Source of the DNA: an uncultured Armatimonadetes bacterium
Lineage (GTDB): Bacteria > Armatimonadota > Hebobacteria > Hebobacterales > Hebobacteraceae
Assembly: GCA_963716175.1 (NCBI GenBank)
Contig: OY970296.1
Span: forward strand, 3,616,001 to 3,680,000
Direction of reading: 5' to 3'
Length of the DNA stretch: 64,000 nucleotides
The position numbers were made by a program, and so were the translations under genes. Shown piece by piece: positions 52,652 to 62,958 of this stretch. The notes beneath the pieces were generated by a model, which was given only the letters and a program-made list of their open reading frames with translations, was not told where the DNA came from and ran no database searches. Numbering within the stretch: the first letter of the stretch is position 1; each line of letters begins with the position of its first letter.

Positions 52652-53533
52652 CTAGAGCAGCCCAAGCCCCCCCAGCTCCTCTCGCAGCACCGCGCGGCAG
52701 CGCTCCGTGGCCGGCAGCAGCGGCAGCCGCGTGCTTCCGCCCACCAGCCCCAGCATCTCCATCGCCGCTTTCACCGGGACCGGGTTGGTCTCCAGGAACA
52801 AGGCCTTGGCGATGGGCAGCAGGCGAAAGTGAATTTCGCGCGCCGCAGCCAACTCACCGGCCGCGATCAGGTCCACCATCCGGCGCCACTCCCCGGGGAG
52901 AATGTGAGCATCGGCAAGAATGCCTCCCACCCCGCCCAGGCAGCAGATGGCGAAGGTCATGTTGCCATCGCCGCTCAGCACCGCGAACCCCGGCGCCGTC
53001 AGGCGCAGGATCTCGTTGACCTGATTCAGGTCTCCGCTCGCCTCCTTGATGCCGGCAATGTTGGGCACCCGGGAGAGGGCGGCCACGGTCTCGGGCTCCA
53101 TGTTGACGCCAGTGCGCTTGGGGATGTTGTACATGACGATGGGAAGCGAGCTCGCCGCCGCCAGCCTGGTGAAGTGCTCTACCAGCCCGCTCTGCATGGG
53201 CCGGTTGTAGTAGGGGCAGATCACCAGCGCCCCATCCGCCCCCGCTTGCTCGGCGTGCTGCGTGAGGGCGATGGCCTCGGCGGTGCTGTTGGACCCCGTG
53301 CCGGCGATCACTGGCACCCGGCCCGCCGCGTGTTGCACCGTCAGCTCCACCACCCGGCGGTGCTCATCATGAGTCAAGGTGGCAGATTCGCCGGTGGTGC
53401 CACAGGGCGCCAGGCCGCTCGCCCCCTGCTCGATCAGGTAATCCAGGAGCTTGCGCAGCCCTGCCTCATCCACCCCCTGCGCCGAGAACGGTGTGATATT
53501 GGGAACGAATACGCCTCGCAGGTTCAAGGCCAT
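52652..53533 (-). CDS. dapA: 4-hydroxy-tetrahydrodipicolinate synthase
   Basis: [32 protein letters not shown]. Confidence 0.96.
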   Translation of the reverse strand: MALNLRGVFVPNITPFSAQGVDEAGLRKLLDYLIEQGASGLAPCGTTGESATLTHDEHRRVVELTVQHAAGRVPVIAGTGSNSTAEAIALTQHAEQAGADGALVICPYYNRPMQSGLVEHFTRLAAASSLPIVMYNIPKRTGVNMEPETVAALSRVPNIAGIKEASGDLNQVNEILRLTAPGFAVLSGDGNMTFAICCLGGVGGILADAHILPGEWRRMVDLIAAGELAAAREIHFRLLPIAKALFLETNPVPVKAAMEMLGLVGGSTRLPLLPATERCRAVLREELGGLGLL

Positions 53534-53595
53534 TCCTCTGACCCCCTGGTCGCCACTGAAGGCGGGCGTCGGCTGCCCGCCGACTTGATCGCGGG

Positions 53596-54849
53596 CTACA
53601 GCACCAGCTGCTGGTGCAGGCAGTCCACCGCCTGTTTCCGGTCGCGCTCGGCAACGAGGTAAGACAGGCTGATCTCATCTCGGCTGGCGCCATAGGTCTT
53701 GATGCCGGCATCGGCGAGAACGCTCTCGGCCTGCGCCGCCCAGGCATCCACGCGCTGCCGCAGCGCCTCCCCTACCAGGGAGACGAGCGCGAAGTCGCCG
53801 CTGCTGACCTCGGCCTCGATCGCCCGCGACGCCATCACCTCTCGCACCACCCGCCCTGCGTCCCAGTACTTGAAAGGTCTGACCGCGAACCGCACCCCAG
53901 CCGCCGCGGTGGTGACCTGGTAGAAGGTGACACGCCTGCGCTCTATCCGTTCCGCGATCTGCAGCGGGATCCTGTCCGCGGCACTGTCAAGATCGAACAC
54001 CAGCAGGTGAGGCTGATCCACCACCGCCGTGACCCGATCATCTCTCCCTACCCCCGACTGCGCGCCGATCTGGGTGCTGGGGCGCTCGGTCCCACGGAAG
54101 TTCCTCACCACCAACGGGACCCGGTACTCGCGCGCCATCTCGGCTGCCTGCTGCTGGAGCACCTCGGCGCCCAGTCGGGACATGGCCACGCACTCGTCAT
54201 AGGACAGGTGTGCGATGGTGCGCGCGGCATCCGGCTCCGCCAGGCTGTGGGGATTGGCGGTCATGATGCCATCCACTTCCTTCCAGATCTGGAGCGGAAC
54301 CACCTCCAGCTCCTCCCCAAAGGGCAGCTTGGGCGTTTCGCCGATGACGCGGGTGAGAGCCACCGCGGTGTAGTCGCTGCCGCCAGCGCCCAGGGTAGTG
54401 ATCTGGTGTTCCGAAGTGATGCCCTGAAACCCGGCCACGAAGACCATGTAGCCGTCCTGGAGGGAGGCCAGCAATTGGTCGGGCACAATCTTGACGATCC
54501 GGGCGTGACCGTAGTGCTCGTCTGTGATCAGCCCCGCCTGCCCGCCGCTCAATGCGATCGTCTCGTAGCCTTTGGTCCTGAGCAGGTGGGCCATGGCGAC
54601 CGTGGAGATGATCTCGCCGCAGGACATCAGCAGATCCAGCTCCCGCGGCTCTATTGCCGGGTCAATCTGCCGGACGGTTTTCACCAGGTCCATAGTGGAG
54701 TAGGGCTGACCCTCTCGGCCCATGGCCGAGACCACCACCACCGGGTGGAGGCCGCGATCCCGCGCCTCCATGATGCGCTCGGCCGTGACCAACTGGTTGG
54801 CCTCGGACTCAACGCAGGTGCCGCCGAACTTCTGCACTACCACCTTCAT
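53596..54849 (-). CDS. dapG: Aspartate kinase (DapG-like)
   Basis: [31 protein letters not shown]; asd-AK-dapA gene order. Confidence 0.82.
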   Translation of the reverse strand: MKVVVQKFGGTCVESEANQLVTAERIMEARDRGLHPVVVVSAMGREGQPYSTMDLVKTVRQIDPAIEPRELDLLMSCGEIISTVAMAHLLRTKGYETIALSGGQAGLITDEHYGHARIVKIVPDQLLASLQDGYMVFVAGFQGITSEHQITTLGAGGSDYTAVALTRVIGETPKLPFGEELEVVPLQIWKEVDGIMTANPHSLAEPDAARTIAHLSYDECVAMSRLGAEVLQQQAAEMAREYRVPLVVRNFRGTERPSTQIGAQSGVGRDDRVTAVVDQPHLLVFDLDSAADRIPLQIAERIERRRVTFYQVTTAAAGVRFAVRPFKYWDAGRVVREVMASRAIEAEVSSGDFALVSLVGEALRQRVDAWAAQAESVLADAGIKTYGASRDEISLSYLVAERDRKQAVDCLHQQLVL

Positions 54850-54862
54850 CGCGTCAACCGCC

Positions 54863-56015
54863 TCACTTGCGGGCGCGCGTCGGGTGCCCGCCCCTTGTCC
54901 GTCGCTCCACCAGCCCCATCGCGATCATCTGCTCCGCGATCTGCACCGCGTTCAGGGCCGCGCCCTTGCGCAGGTTGTCCGACACGATCCATAGATGCAG
55001 CCCATAGGGCACGGTCGGATCCTCTCGGATCCGCCCCACGAACACCTCGTCTTTCCCGGAGGCATAGAGCGGCATCGGGTACTGGGCCTTGGCGGGATCG
55101 TCCATCACTACCACGCCCGGCGCGCGGGAGAGGATCTCCCGCGCCTCCGCGGCCGAGATCGGGCGCTCGAACTCCAGATTGGCCGCCTCCGAGTGGGCAT
55201 TGAAGACCGGCACTCGTACCGTGGTAGCGGTGATCCGCAACTCCGGTTCGCCCAGGATCTTGCGGGTCTCGTTCACCAGCTTGGCCTCTTCCTTCGAGTA
55301 GCCATCATCACGGAAGCTGGAGATCTGAGGGATGACATTGCCCGCGATGGGATACGGGAACAGGCTGGGGTCGGTGACTGCCGAGTCGGCCTCCTCTGAG
55401 GCCGCCGTGACTAGGGAGTGCAGCCGCTCCTCCGGCAGCCCGTGCTGCGCCACGCGGGCCAGCCTCCGGTCCATGGCCTCCATCTCCAGACGGAGCTGCT
55501 CCACCGGATCGCCGCCCTGCTTGGAGGTGCCGCGGCCGGAAACCGCCTGGTAAGTCGCGACCACGGCCCGCTTGAGGCGGGCCGCGTCGTGCAAGGGCTT
55601 CAGCGCCACCACGAACTGGATGGTGGAGCAGTTGGGATTAGCGATCAAATTGTGGTGCTGTCGCAGCGCCTCCGGATTCACCTCCGGCACTACCAGGGGC
55701 ACCCCGGGGTCGAGCCGGAAGGCGTCGCCGTTGTCAATCACCACCGTCCCGCGCCGCGCGGCAACCGGCCCGAAATGCCCCTCCCGCTCGTCGCCCCCCG
55801 CGAAAAAGGCCAGGTCCAGATCGCCGAAGGCCTCCTCGCCGATCACCTCGACATGGTAGGTGCGGCCGTCCACCCCGATGTCGCGCTCGCGGGTAGCGAA
55901 CACGCGCACGCTCTCCGCCGGGAAGCTGCGCTGATCGAGCAGGCGCAGCATCTCCCCGACCCACGGCGCGGGCCCCGACCACTGCCACCCGGTAGCCCCC
56001 AGACGTGCCAGACAT
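54863..56015 (-). CDS. asd: Aspartate-semialdehyde dehydrogenase (frameshift near 55955-55970)
   Basis: VPEVN, ANPNCST, TYQAVSG, RVPVFNAHSE, DNLRKGAALNAVQIAE; N-terminus YRVAVVGA is in another frame. Confidence 0.94.
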
Positions 56016-56046
56016 CCCACACTGCTCCCAAATCAAGGTTGCGGCG

Positions 56047-56076
56047 ATGATAGCATCCGCTCTTCGCCGCTGTCAA
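56047..56076 (-). promoter_or_regulatory. Sigma70-type promoter upstream of asd
   Basis: TTGACA-18 nt-TATCAT with extended -10 TG. Confidence 0.7.
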
Positions 56077-56191
56077 GCAAACGCGAAGGGGGATACCACA
56101 AGCTTGCTTGACAAGCAACCAAGAGGGGACTGCGCGCGTCTGGGCCCTGGCCCGGGTGCGGCCAGCCAGCAGGCAGGCTATGAAATGCGCT

Positions 56192-56295
56192 CTAGTGATG
56201 TTCGCACAACGAAGTGATGTGCGAACATCGCCCTGTGCTTGTCTGGGCCACTTCTTGAGCTTCGCCGCGTTACTTCATTCGGCGAAGCTCTCTAG
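56192..56295 (+). mobile_element. Family B MITE-like element, copy 3, abutting a family C end
   Basis: CTAG...CTAG flanks; the right end contains the topA stop. Confidence 0.85.
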
Positions 56296-58430
56296 TCAGG
56301 CGGGGACGCGGCGACCTTCGGCAGACGCTTGATGCCCTTACACTCGGGGTAGCCGGTGCAGCCCAGAAAGGCGCCGAAGCGGCCCCGCCGCATCGCCATC
56401 GGCCGGCCGCAGAGATCGCACTTCTCATTGGCGGCGGCCGCCTCGTCCTCCGGGAGCGGGCGGGTATTCCTGCATTTTGGATAGGCGGAGCAAGCCAGGA
56501 AACGCCCTCGCCGGCCGGTGCGGATCACCATGGGGCTGCCACACTTGTCGCAGACCTGATCGGTCGGTTCGGGCGGGGCCTTCGCCGGCCGGCCCTGCTC
56601 GGGCGATCCGGGGGCGGGGCGCGTGTGCTTGCACTCGGGATAGCCAGAGCACGCGAGGAAGGGGCCTCGGCGGCCTACGCGCAGCAGCATGGGCTTGCCG
56701 CAGACCTCGCAGACCTCATCGGTCTGCTGAGGCTGGACGGAGATCCGCTGCATGTTCTGCTCGGCCTGGGCGAGGGATTCCGAGAACGGCGAGTAGAACT
56801 CGCGCACCGTCGTCACCCAGTCCGCCTCTCCCTCCTCCACCCGGTCGAGCTTGGTCTCCATGCCGGCGGTGAACTCTACATCCATGATGCCCGGGAAGTG
56901 GGCCACCAGTTGGTCGGTGACCGCGAACCCGAGATCGGTGGGATGGAACTTCTTCTCCTCGAGGTAGACGTATCCACGCTCCTGGATGGTGCCGATGATC
57001 GGGGCGTAGGTGCTGGGCCGCCCAATGCCTTTCTCCTCCAGGGCTCGCACCAGGCTGGCCTCGCTGTAGCGGGGAGGGGGCTCGGTGAACTTCTGCTGGC
57101 TCTCCAGGGCGAGCAGGTCCAGCCAATCTCCCTCCTTCACCTCCGGCACCGCCACCTCCGTGTCCCGCGTGGGGTAGACCACGGTGAAGCCGGGGAAGAT
57201 GACGCGCACACCCCGGGCCCGCAGCACGTAGGGGCCGGCGGCGATGTCAATCACGGTGATCGCCAGGCGCTGCTCGCGCATCTGGCTGGCGATGAAGCGG
57301 GACCAGATCAGCCGATAGAGCTTCACCTGGGCCTCGTCCTTGAGCAGAGCCGCCACCGCCTCGGGAGTGCGGGCGGGGACGGTGGGGCGGATCGCCTCAT
57401 GCGCCTCCTGTGCGCCTCGCCGAGAAGCGTACTGCCGCGGGGCCTGGGGGAGGTAGCCGTCGCCGAAGGTGCTGGCGATCACCTCGCGCGCGGCCGCCTG
57501 CGCCTCGGCGGCGACGCGGGTGGAGTCAGTGCGCATGTAGGTGATCAGGCCCAGATGCTCGCCCTCCAGCTCCACACCCTCGTAGAGTGCCTGGGCGACG
57601 CGCATGGTCTGGCGGGCGGAGAACCCCAGCCGGTTGGCGGCATCCTGCTGCAGGGTGCTGGTGGTGAATGGGGCCTGCGGTCGGCGGAGCTGCTCGGTCT
57701 TCTTCACCCGCGCCACCTGCGAGTGTGAATCCCAGATCTCCTGCGCCGCCTGGCGCGCCTGCTCGACGTTCTCGATCTTGAGCTTGCGGCCCTCCTTGGT
57801 GACCAGCTTCGCCGAGAAGCCGTCCGCTGCTGAGCCCGGAGTAGCATAGGCGGTGATGTCCCAGTACTCTTCAGCCACGAAGGCCTGAATCTCGCGCTCC
57901 CGGTCGCAGATCAGGCGGACGGCTACCGACTGCACCCGCCCGGCGCTCAGCCCGCGCTTGTGCATCTTGCGTTGGAGCAAGGGGCTCAGAGTATAGCCGA
58001 CTAGGCGATCGAGCACCCGGCGCGCCTGCTGCGCGTCCACCCGGCGCATGTCAATAGCCCGCGAGTGGCCCAACGCCTCTGTCACCGCCCGCCGGGTGAT
58101 CTCGTTGAACTCGATCCGGTGCGGCCTCGGGATCTTCAGCGCCTCTGCCAGGTGCCAGGCGATCGCTTCTCCTTCTCGATCAGGGTCAGTAGCGAGGTAG
58201 ACCTCCTTCGCCTTGGCGACGGCTTCCCGCAGCCGCTTCAGCACTGAGGCTCGCTCTTTTATGGCCAGGTACTTGGGCGTGAAGTCATGCTCCACATCCA
58301 CGCCCAGGGCGCTCTTGGGCAGGTCGCGGACGTGGCCCATCGAAGCCGCCAGTTCGAACTCTTTATCGAGGAACTGCCCGATGGTGCGCGTCTTCGTCGG
58401 AGATTCCACTATGATCAGGGACTTAGCCAT
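56292..58430 (-). CDS. topA: DNA topoisomerase I
   Basis: IVESPTK, ATDPDREGEAI, SAGRVQS, LITYMRTDS, three C-terminal zinc ribbons. Confidence 0.97.
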   Translation of the reverse strand: MAKSLIIVESPTKTRTIGQFLDKEFELAASMGHVRDLPKSALGVDVEHDFTPKYLAIKERASVLKRLREAVAKAKEVYLATDPDREGEAIAWHLAEALKIPRPHRIEFNEITRRAVTEALGHSRAIDMRRVDAQQARRVLDRLVGYTLSPLLQRKMHKRGLSAGRVQSVAVRLICDREREIQAFVAEEYWDITAYATPGSAADGFSAKLVTKEGRKLKIENVEQARQAAQEIWDSHSQVARVKKTEQLRRPQAPFTTSTLQQDAANRLGFSARQTMRVAQALYEGVELEGEHLGLITYMRTDSTRVAAEAQAAAREVIASTFGDGYLPQAPRQYASRRGAQEAHEAIRPTVPARTPEAVAALLKDEAQVKLYRLIWSRFIASQMREQRLAITVIDIAAGPYVLRARGVRVIFPGFTVVYPTRDTEVAVPEVKEGDWLDLLALESQQKFTEPPPRYSEASLVRALEEKGIGRPSTYAPIIGTIQERGYVYLEEKKFHPTDLGFAVTDQLVAHFPGIMDVEFTAGMETKLDRVEEGEADWVTTVREFYSPFSESLAQAEQNMQRISVQPQQTDEVCEVCGKPMLLRVGRRGPFLACSGYPECKHTRPAPGSPEQGRPAKAPPEPTDQVCDKCGSPMVIRTGRRGRFLACSAYPKCRNTRPLPEDEAAAANEKCDLCGRPMAMRRGRFGAFLGCTGYPECKGIKRLPKVAASPPD

Positions 58431-58529
58431 GAATAGCTTCCGGTGGCCTAGGTGTTGACACTAATACCACAAACCGGGGGGGAGTGATGAATGCTTCTCT
58501 GCCGGGCCCTGCGGCTGCTCTGACAACGA

Positions 58530-59624
58530 TCACCGCACCCGCATGAACATGTTCCCAGGAAGACGCCGCACTAACCCCTTCAACTCCAGCATCAAGAGGC
58601 CGGCGCTGGCCCGGGAGGAGGGCAGCCGGCACTGGTCCAGGATCGCATCCACGTGCTTCTGCTGCAAGGTCAGGGCATCGAGGAGGGAGCGTTCGTCCCC
58701 GGTGAGCCCGAGGTCCGCTTCCTCCACCTGGGCCGCCGGCTCCTCCGCCGCAGCCACTGCGGGCAGGTCCAGCTCGTCCAATATGTCCTCGACGGACTCC
58801 ACCAGGCGGGCCCCATCCCGCAGCAGAGCATGCGTGCCCCGGCTCAGCTCGCTGTTCACGCTCCCCGGCACCGCGAACACCTGCCGGCCCTGGTTGGCGG
58901 CCAGCCCGGCCGTGATCAGGGCTCCGCTTTTCTCCGGGGCCTCCGTGACGACTACCCCCAGGGCCAGCCCGCTGATCAACCGGTTGCGTGCAGCGAAGCG
59001 CTGCGCCCGCGCGGGCGTGCCCAACGGCAGCTCCGAGACCACCGCGCCGCTGCGCACTGCCTGCTCCCGCAGCTCCATGGTGTCGCGGGGATAGGGAACA
59101 TCAATGCCGCAGGCCAGCACGCCAATGGTACGGCCGCCCGCGGATAGCGCCCCCCGGTGCGCGGCGGCGTCTGCCCCCACTGCCATCCCGCTCACTACGG
59201 TGATGCCCCGCGCTGCCAGGTCGCGCCCCAGGGTCTCGGAAACCAGCCGCCCGTAAGGCGTGGCTCGCCGTGTCCCCACGATCGCCACACACCTCTCATC
59301 CTCGGCGCGCAGGCCGCCGCGCACGAATAGCACGGGCGGCGGGTCGTAGATCTGGCGCAGGTTAGCCGGATACTCCCGGTCGCGAATGGTGACCAGCCGC
59401 GCGCCCAGGTCCGCCATCTGCTTCACCACGGGCTGGTAGTCGCGATCGCGCACCTCCACCAGCCGCGCCACCTCGGAAGGGGTGAGCCGGACGGCCGCCG
59501 AGAGTGCAGCAGGAGAGGCGGACGTCACCGCCTCCGGCGAGTCGAAGTGGTGGAGCAGATCGAGCGTGGTCCGCGGAGGAAGCTCCGCCGCGTTCAGCGC
59601 CAGCCAGGCGCGTTCCTCAGTCAC
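58530..59624 (-). CDS. dprA: DNA-processing protein DprA
   Basis: DPPPVLF, AIVGTR, VSGMAVGAD, RNRLISGL, KSGALITA, VFAVPG. Confidence 0.95.
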   Translation of the reverse strand: MTEERAWLALNAAELPPRTTLDLLHHFDSPEAVTSASPAALSAAVRLTPSEVARLVEVRDRDYQPVVKQMADLGARLVTIRDREYPANLRQIYDPPPVLFVRGGLRAEDERCVAIVGTRRATPYGRLVSETLGRDLAARGITVVSGMAVGADAAAHRGALSAGGRTIGVLACGIDVPYPRDTMELREQAVRSGAVVSELPLGTPARAQRFAARNRLISGLALGVVVTEAPEKSGALITAGLAANQGRQVFAVPGSVNSELSRGTHALLRDGARLVESVEDILDELDLPAVAAAEEPAAQVEEADLGLTGDERSLLDALTLQQKHVDAILDQCRLPSSRASAGLLMLELKGLVRRLPGNMFMRVR

Positions 59625-59680
59625 CCTTCCCTCCGCGTCACCACGGCCATACCCAAGGCCACACGCGTTGCGCCAGGCCA

Positions 59681-61348
59681 TCAGCCCATGCGGCCGCCGC
59701 GGCCTCCTCCGCCCCGGCCTCCGCCGCCGCGCCCACCACCACCGCGGCCTCCTCCACCACGGCCGCCGCCGCCTCGGCCTGCTCCGCCCGCACCTCCGCC
59801 GCCTCGGCCAGCCGCAGCTGCACCCTGAGTGCCACCGCGGCCGCGGGCAGTGCCGGCGGCCGGCCGCTCGGCTGCGGGCGGCTTGATGGTGATGTCACTG
59901 AGGAAACTCCACTCGGTGGAACCCGAGTTGCCCCGATAGTCCTTCGCCGACACCTTGAGGATGTGTGAGCCGTCCTTCGGGGACGGGATGCTGAAGCTGC
60001 CCTCGCCGGTAGCGACATCGTAATATACCTTCATCGCCTGCCCGTCATAGGTGGCCTGAACCGAGTCTGGCTCCACCCCGCTCCCCTCGTCGGCTGAGGC
60101 GAAGCTGACCACCACCGCCTTCTTCCCGGGCAGAGCGCTGCCCGGTTCGGGCTTCAGCTCCCCGAACACGGGCCCGGCGCTATCGGGCGCGCCGGCCGAG
60201 AAGCAATACAGGTTGCCGTCGCCAGTGAGGCAGTAGAGCGACCCGCCCGCGCTCACTATGGGCGCGTAGATGCCATAGGTGGTGGCCCCACTGAGGCCTT
60301 GGTCCGGTGACAGGCAGCGGTAGGTCCAGATCACCCGGCCGGTGCTGTCGTCCAAGGCGTAGACCAAGGCCTGGCCGGTGCCGGCATAGAGCAGCTGGCC
60401 GGTCAGCAGCGGGGGCGCGGTGGCGGCCCCGATGACCCTCAGCACGGCGCTCGGGTCCGCGCTGCCCGAGCGTGCGTAGAGGCTGTAGATCTCGCCTTCT
60501 GTGGGAGGCAGATGGTCCATGGCCTGGTACCGCGGCCGCTCGGGATTCCCCTGCCCGCTCACACAGGGCACGTAAAGCGTGTCGGCCACTACTGTGGGCC
60601 GGCCGCCGATGCCGACCGGCATCTCCCGACTCCAAACCACGGCCCCACTGCGGCTAACCGCGACCAGGGTCTTGCCACCGGCCACGATCACTCGCCTGTC
60701 CGCTACCACAGGTGGGAAGGCATTGGGTCCGGTGTGAAGGATAGCGGTCCAGCGATAGCGGCCCTCGGCCGCATCTACACTCTGCAGGGTGCCGTCCTGG
60801 CAGAGGAAGTAGAGCATGGAGCCATCTGTCACCGGTCCGTCCGCCACCGGCGAACGCAGGGAGCAGATCCATTTTACCGCGCCGCCATCCGGAACCATGG
60901 CGTATACCATGTCCTGCGCCGCGAACATCAGCAGCTTGTCGAGGATGATCGGATCGCCGCCAACGGGACCGGCGCAGGCCTGCTCCCAGACTTGCTTGCC
61001 ATCGCTGATGCTCAGCCCATAGATAGAGGAGTCGTCGGCGCCGACGATTACGGTTTTCTCCCACACCGCGGGAGCGGTGGTGACGCGCACCCCCTTGGGG
61101 GCGAATTTCCATTGCTCCGCGCCGGTGACCGCGTCCAGGCAGCGCAGCTCCCCATCATAGGTGATGTAGACCTGGCCCGATTCAACCACGGGCGCTGTGG
61201 TGCCGCGTCCGCCCGGGCCCATCGAGTAGATCCACTGCACCGTAAGGGGAGGCTTCACCTCCGGAGGAGCCACACCTCCGGTCGCGCTGTAGCCGAGCAG
61301 CCAGCAGAGCGCGATCAGTGTCACCCAATAAAGCGATCTCGCTCCCAT
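59681..61348 (-). CDS. Secreted PQQ-like (BamB-type) beta-propeller protein with Ig-like domain and RGG-rich tail
   Basis: Signal peptide after CAGGAGG RBS; LDAVTGAEQW-type repeats; DGSHILKVSAKDYRGN; (GRGGG)n C-terminus. Confidence 0.85.
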   Translation of the reverse strand: MGARSLYWVTLIALCWLLGYSATGGVAPPEVKPPLTVQWIYSMGPGGRGTTAPVVESGQVYITYDGELRCLDAVTGAEQWKFAPKGVRVTTAPAVWEKTVIVGADDSSIYGLSISDGKQVWEQACAGPVGGDPIILDKLLMFAAQDMVYAMVPDGGAVKWICSLRSPVADGPVTDGSMLYFLCQDGTLQSVDAAEGRYRWTAILHTGPNAFPPVVADRRVIVAGGKTLVAVSRSGAVVWSREMPVGIGGRPTVVADTLYVPCVSGQGNPERPRYQAMDHLPPTEGEIYSLYARSGSADPSAVLRVIGAATAPPLLTGQLLYAGTGQALVYALDDSTGRVIWTYRCLSPDQGLSGATTYGIYAPIVSAGGSLYCLTGDGNLYCFSAGAPDSAGPVFGELKPEPGSALPGKKAVVVSFASADEGSGVEPDSVQATYDGQAMKVYYDVATGEGSFSIPSPKDGSHILKVSAKDYRGNSGSTEWSFLSDITIKPPAAERPAAGTARGRGGTQGAAAAGRGGGGAGGAGRGGGGRGGGGRGGGGRGGGGRGGGGRGGRMG

Positions 61349-61514
61349 CCGCTCCTCCTGTAGCGAGATTATAGCATAGCCCGGAGCAGGGCGGTAGCCC
61401 GCCTGCCCAGGCTCTCCCGTGCCCTCAGAGCCGCCAGACCCATGGGCGCTCGCGATCACCTGGCCCGCAGCGCGGGCGCTCGCCGGCTCCACGCCTTCGC
61501 CCGCCGCCGAGGCC

Positions 61515-62858
61515 TCAACCTCGCATGAACAGCACGGCCCCAACGGCCAGGCCCACCGCCGCCGCAGGCCACACGTATACCAAAGTGCGACGCAGGACTT
61601 GCTGCACGTCAACTCCCACGTAGTTGGCAATCCACACGTTATGCGTGTTCGTGGGGTCGCACACGCCCTGGATCTGTCCCACCGAGAAGAGGGCGGCCAT
61701 GATCGCGGCCGGGCCCATACCAGGAGCAGCCGCCATCATGCTGGCCAGCCCGAAGCCCATGCCCCAGACGTTGAGCGGCCCCCGGTAGAGCGCCAGCGGC
61801 GCCAGCACGGCAAAGACTACTACATAGCCGACGCGCGACCCTGGCAGGATGGCGGCCAACAGCGGCCTTACTTGTTCCAGCACCGCGGGATGTGTCACCG
61901 CCTTGATCAGCATGCCGATGCCCAGCATCAGCGCGACGGCCGGCGCCACCGCGCCAATGCCGTCAATGGTGCTTCTCGCCAGCAGTTGCACTCGCCCCTG
62001 CGCGGGCCGAGGGCAGGCGATCAGCCCATAGGCAATACCTATCACCATGGCTGTGACGATCGGGAACTCGAAGGGAGGCTGGGAACTCGCCCCGGCCGTG
62101 CCTGCCGGCCGGTAGCCCAGGCTCCCGGCCTGGGACAAGTTGTAGAGGCCGAAACCCAGCACCGGCAGGAGCGGAACGATCGGGGTGAGCAGGGCATACC
62201 AGGGTGCGAAGGCGGTGCTGGCGGCCGGCGCTGGGTTGGCCCAGTAGCGGCGCAGTCTGCTCGGCCGGAGCTGAGTGACGGCGAACACGATGGTGGCGGC
62301 GGCCATCACTGCGGCCAGCGGAAGCGCATAGGACAGTATCGTCCCGGTGCTGAGATGAAGCGTTTCCTTGTAGAGCTGCCAGTTGGTGAGGTTGAAGATT
62401 CCGCCCAGACTCATGCCGAACAGGAACAGGCTGCCAACCGTGATCCCCGGCACGCCCAGGGCCAGCAAGATCGGAAACACGATGGTGGCGACCATGATCA
62501 CCGCGCCCAGCCCGCCCAGTGTGGTGAACAGCAGCGCCACCACGGCCGTCAGGGTCAGGGACAAGGCGAGTGGCCGGTCGCCGCCCAACTCCGCCGCCTT
62601 TTTCACCATGGTCTCGGCCACGCCGGTCCTGGCCACGATCTCGGCCAGGACGGCACCCAAGATGGCGGTGGCATAGGCCTTGTGCAGGTAGAAGGCCCCG
62701 TCACTGATGATGTTCGCCAGGTCCGCCCACGGGACGCGGGCGGTGAGCGCGATCGCGATCGCCATCACGGGCAGGGCCACAATCGCGGGCAGGCGATTGA
62801 GGTACATCAGCACCGCCATGATGGCGAAGATCGCCAGCAGCGCCAGCGCCATGCCCAC
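61515..62858 (-). CDS. Ion-transporter superfamily permease (GntP/CitM-like)
   Basis: More than 10 hydrophobic helices, TGVAETMVKKAAELGGDRP, CDPTNTHN. Confidence 0.78.
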   Translation of the reverse strand: MGMALALLAIFAIMAVLMYLNRLPAIVALPVMAIAIALTARVPWADLANIISDGAFYLHKAYATAILGAVLAEIVARTGVAETMVKKAAELGGDRPLALSLTLTAVVALLFTTLGGLGAVIMVATIVFPILLALGVPGITVGSLFLFGMSLGGIFNLTNWQLYKETLHLSTGTILSYALPLAAVMAAATIVFAVTQLRPSRLRRYWANPAPAASTAFAPWYALLTPIVPLLPVLGFGLYNLSQAGSLGYRPAGTAGASSQPPFEFPIVTAMVIGIAYGLIACPRPAQGRVQLLARSTIDGIGAVAPAVALMLGIGMLIKAVTHPAVLEQVRPLLAAILPGSRVGYVVVFAVLAPLALYRGPLNVWGMGFGLASMMAAAPGMGPAAIMAALFSVGQIQGVCDPTNTHNVWIANYVGVDVQQVLRRTLVYVWPAAAVGLAVGAVLFMRG

Positions 62859-62909
62859 GCCGCGTCGCTCCTCCCCTACCCCCTCAGAATGTGTGACAGA
62901 ACCCCGTAT

Positions 62910-62958
62910 CGGGCTGTATCAGAGTCAATGTAGGCTCGCGAGATTCTGATACAGCCCG
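62910..62958. repeat. 17-bp-stem hairpin immediately after the apgM stop
   Basis: CGGGCTGTATCAGAGTC-n15-GATTCTGATACAGCCCG. Confidence 0.6.
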
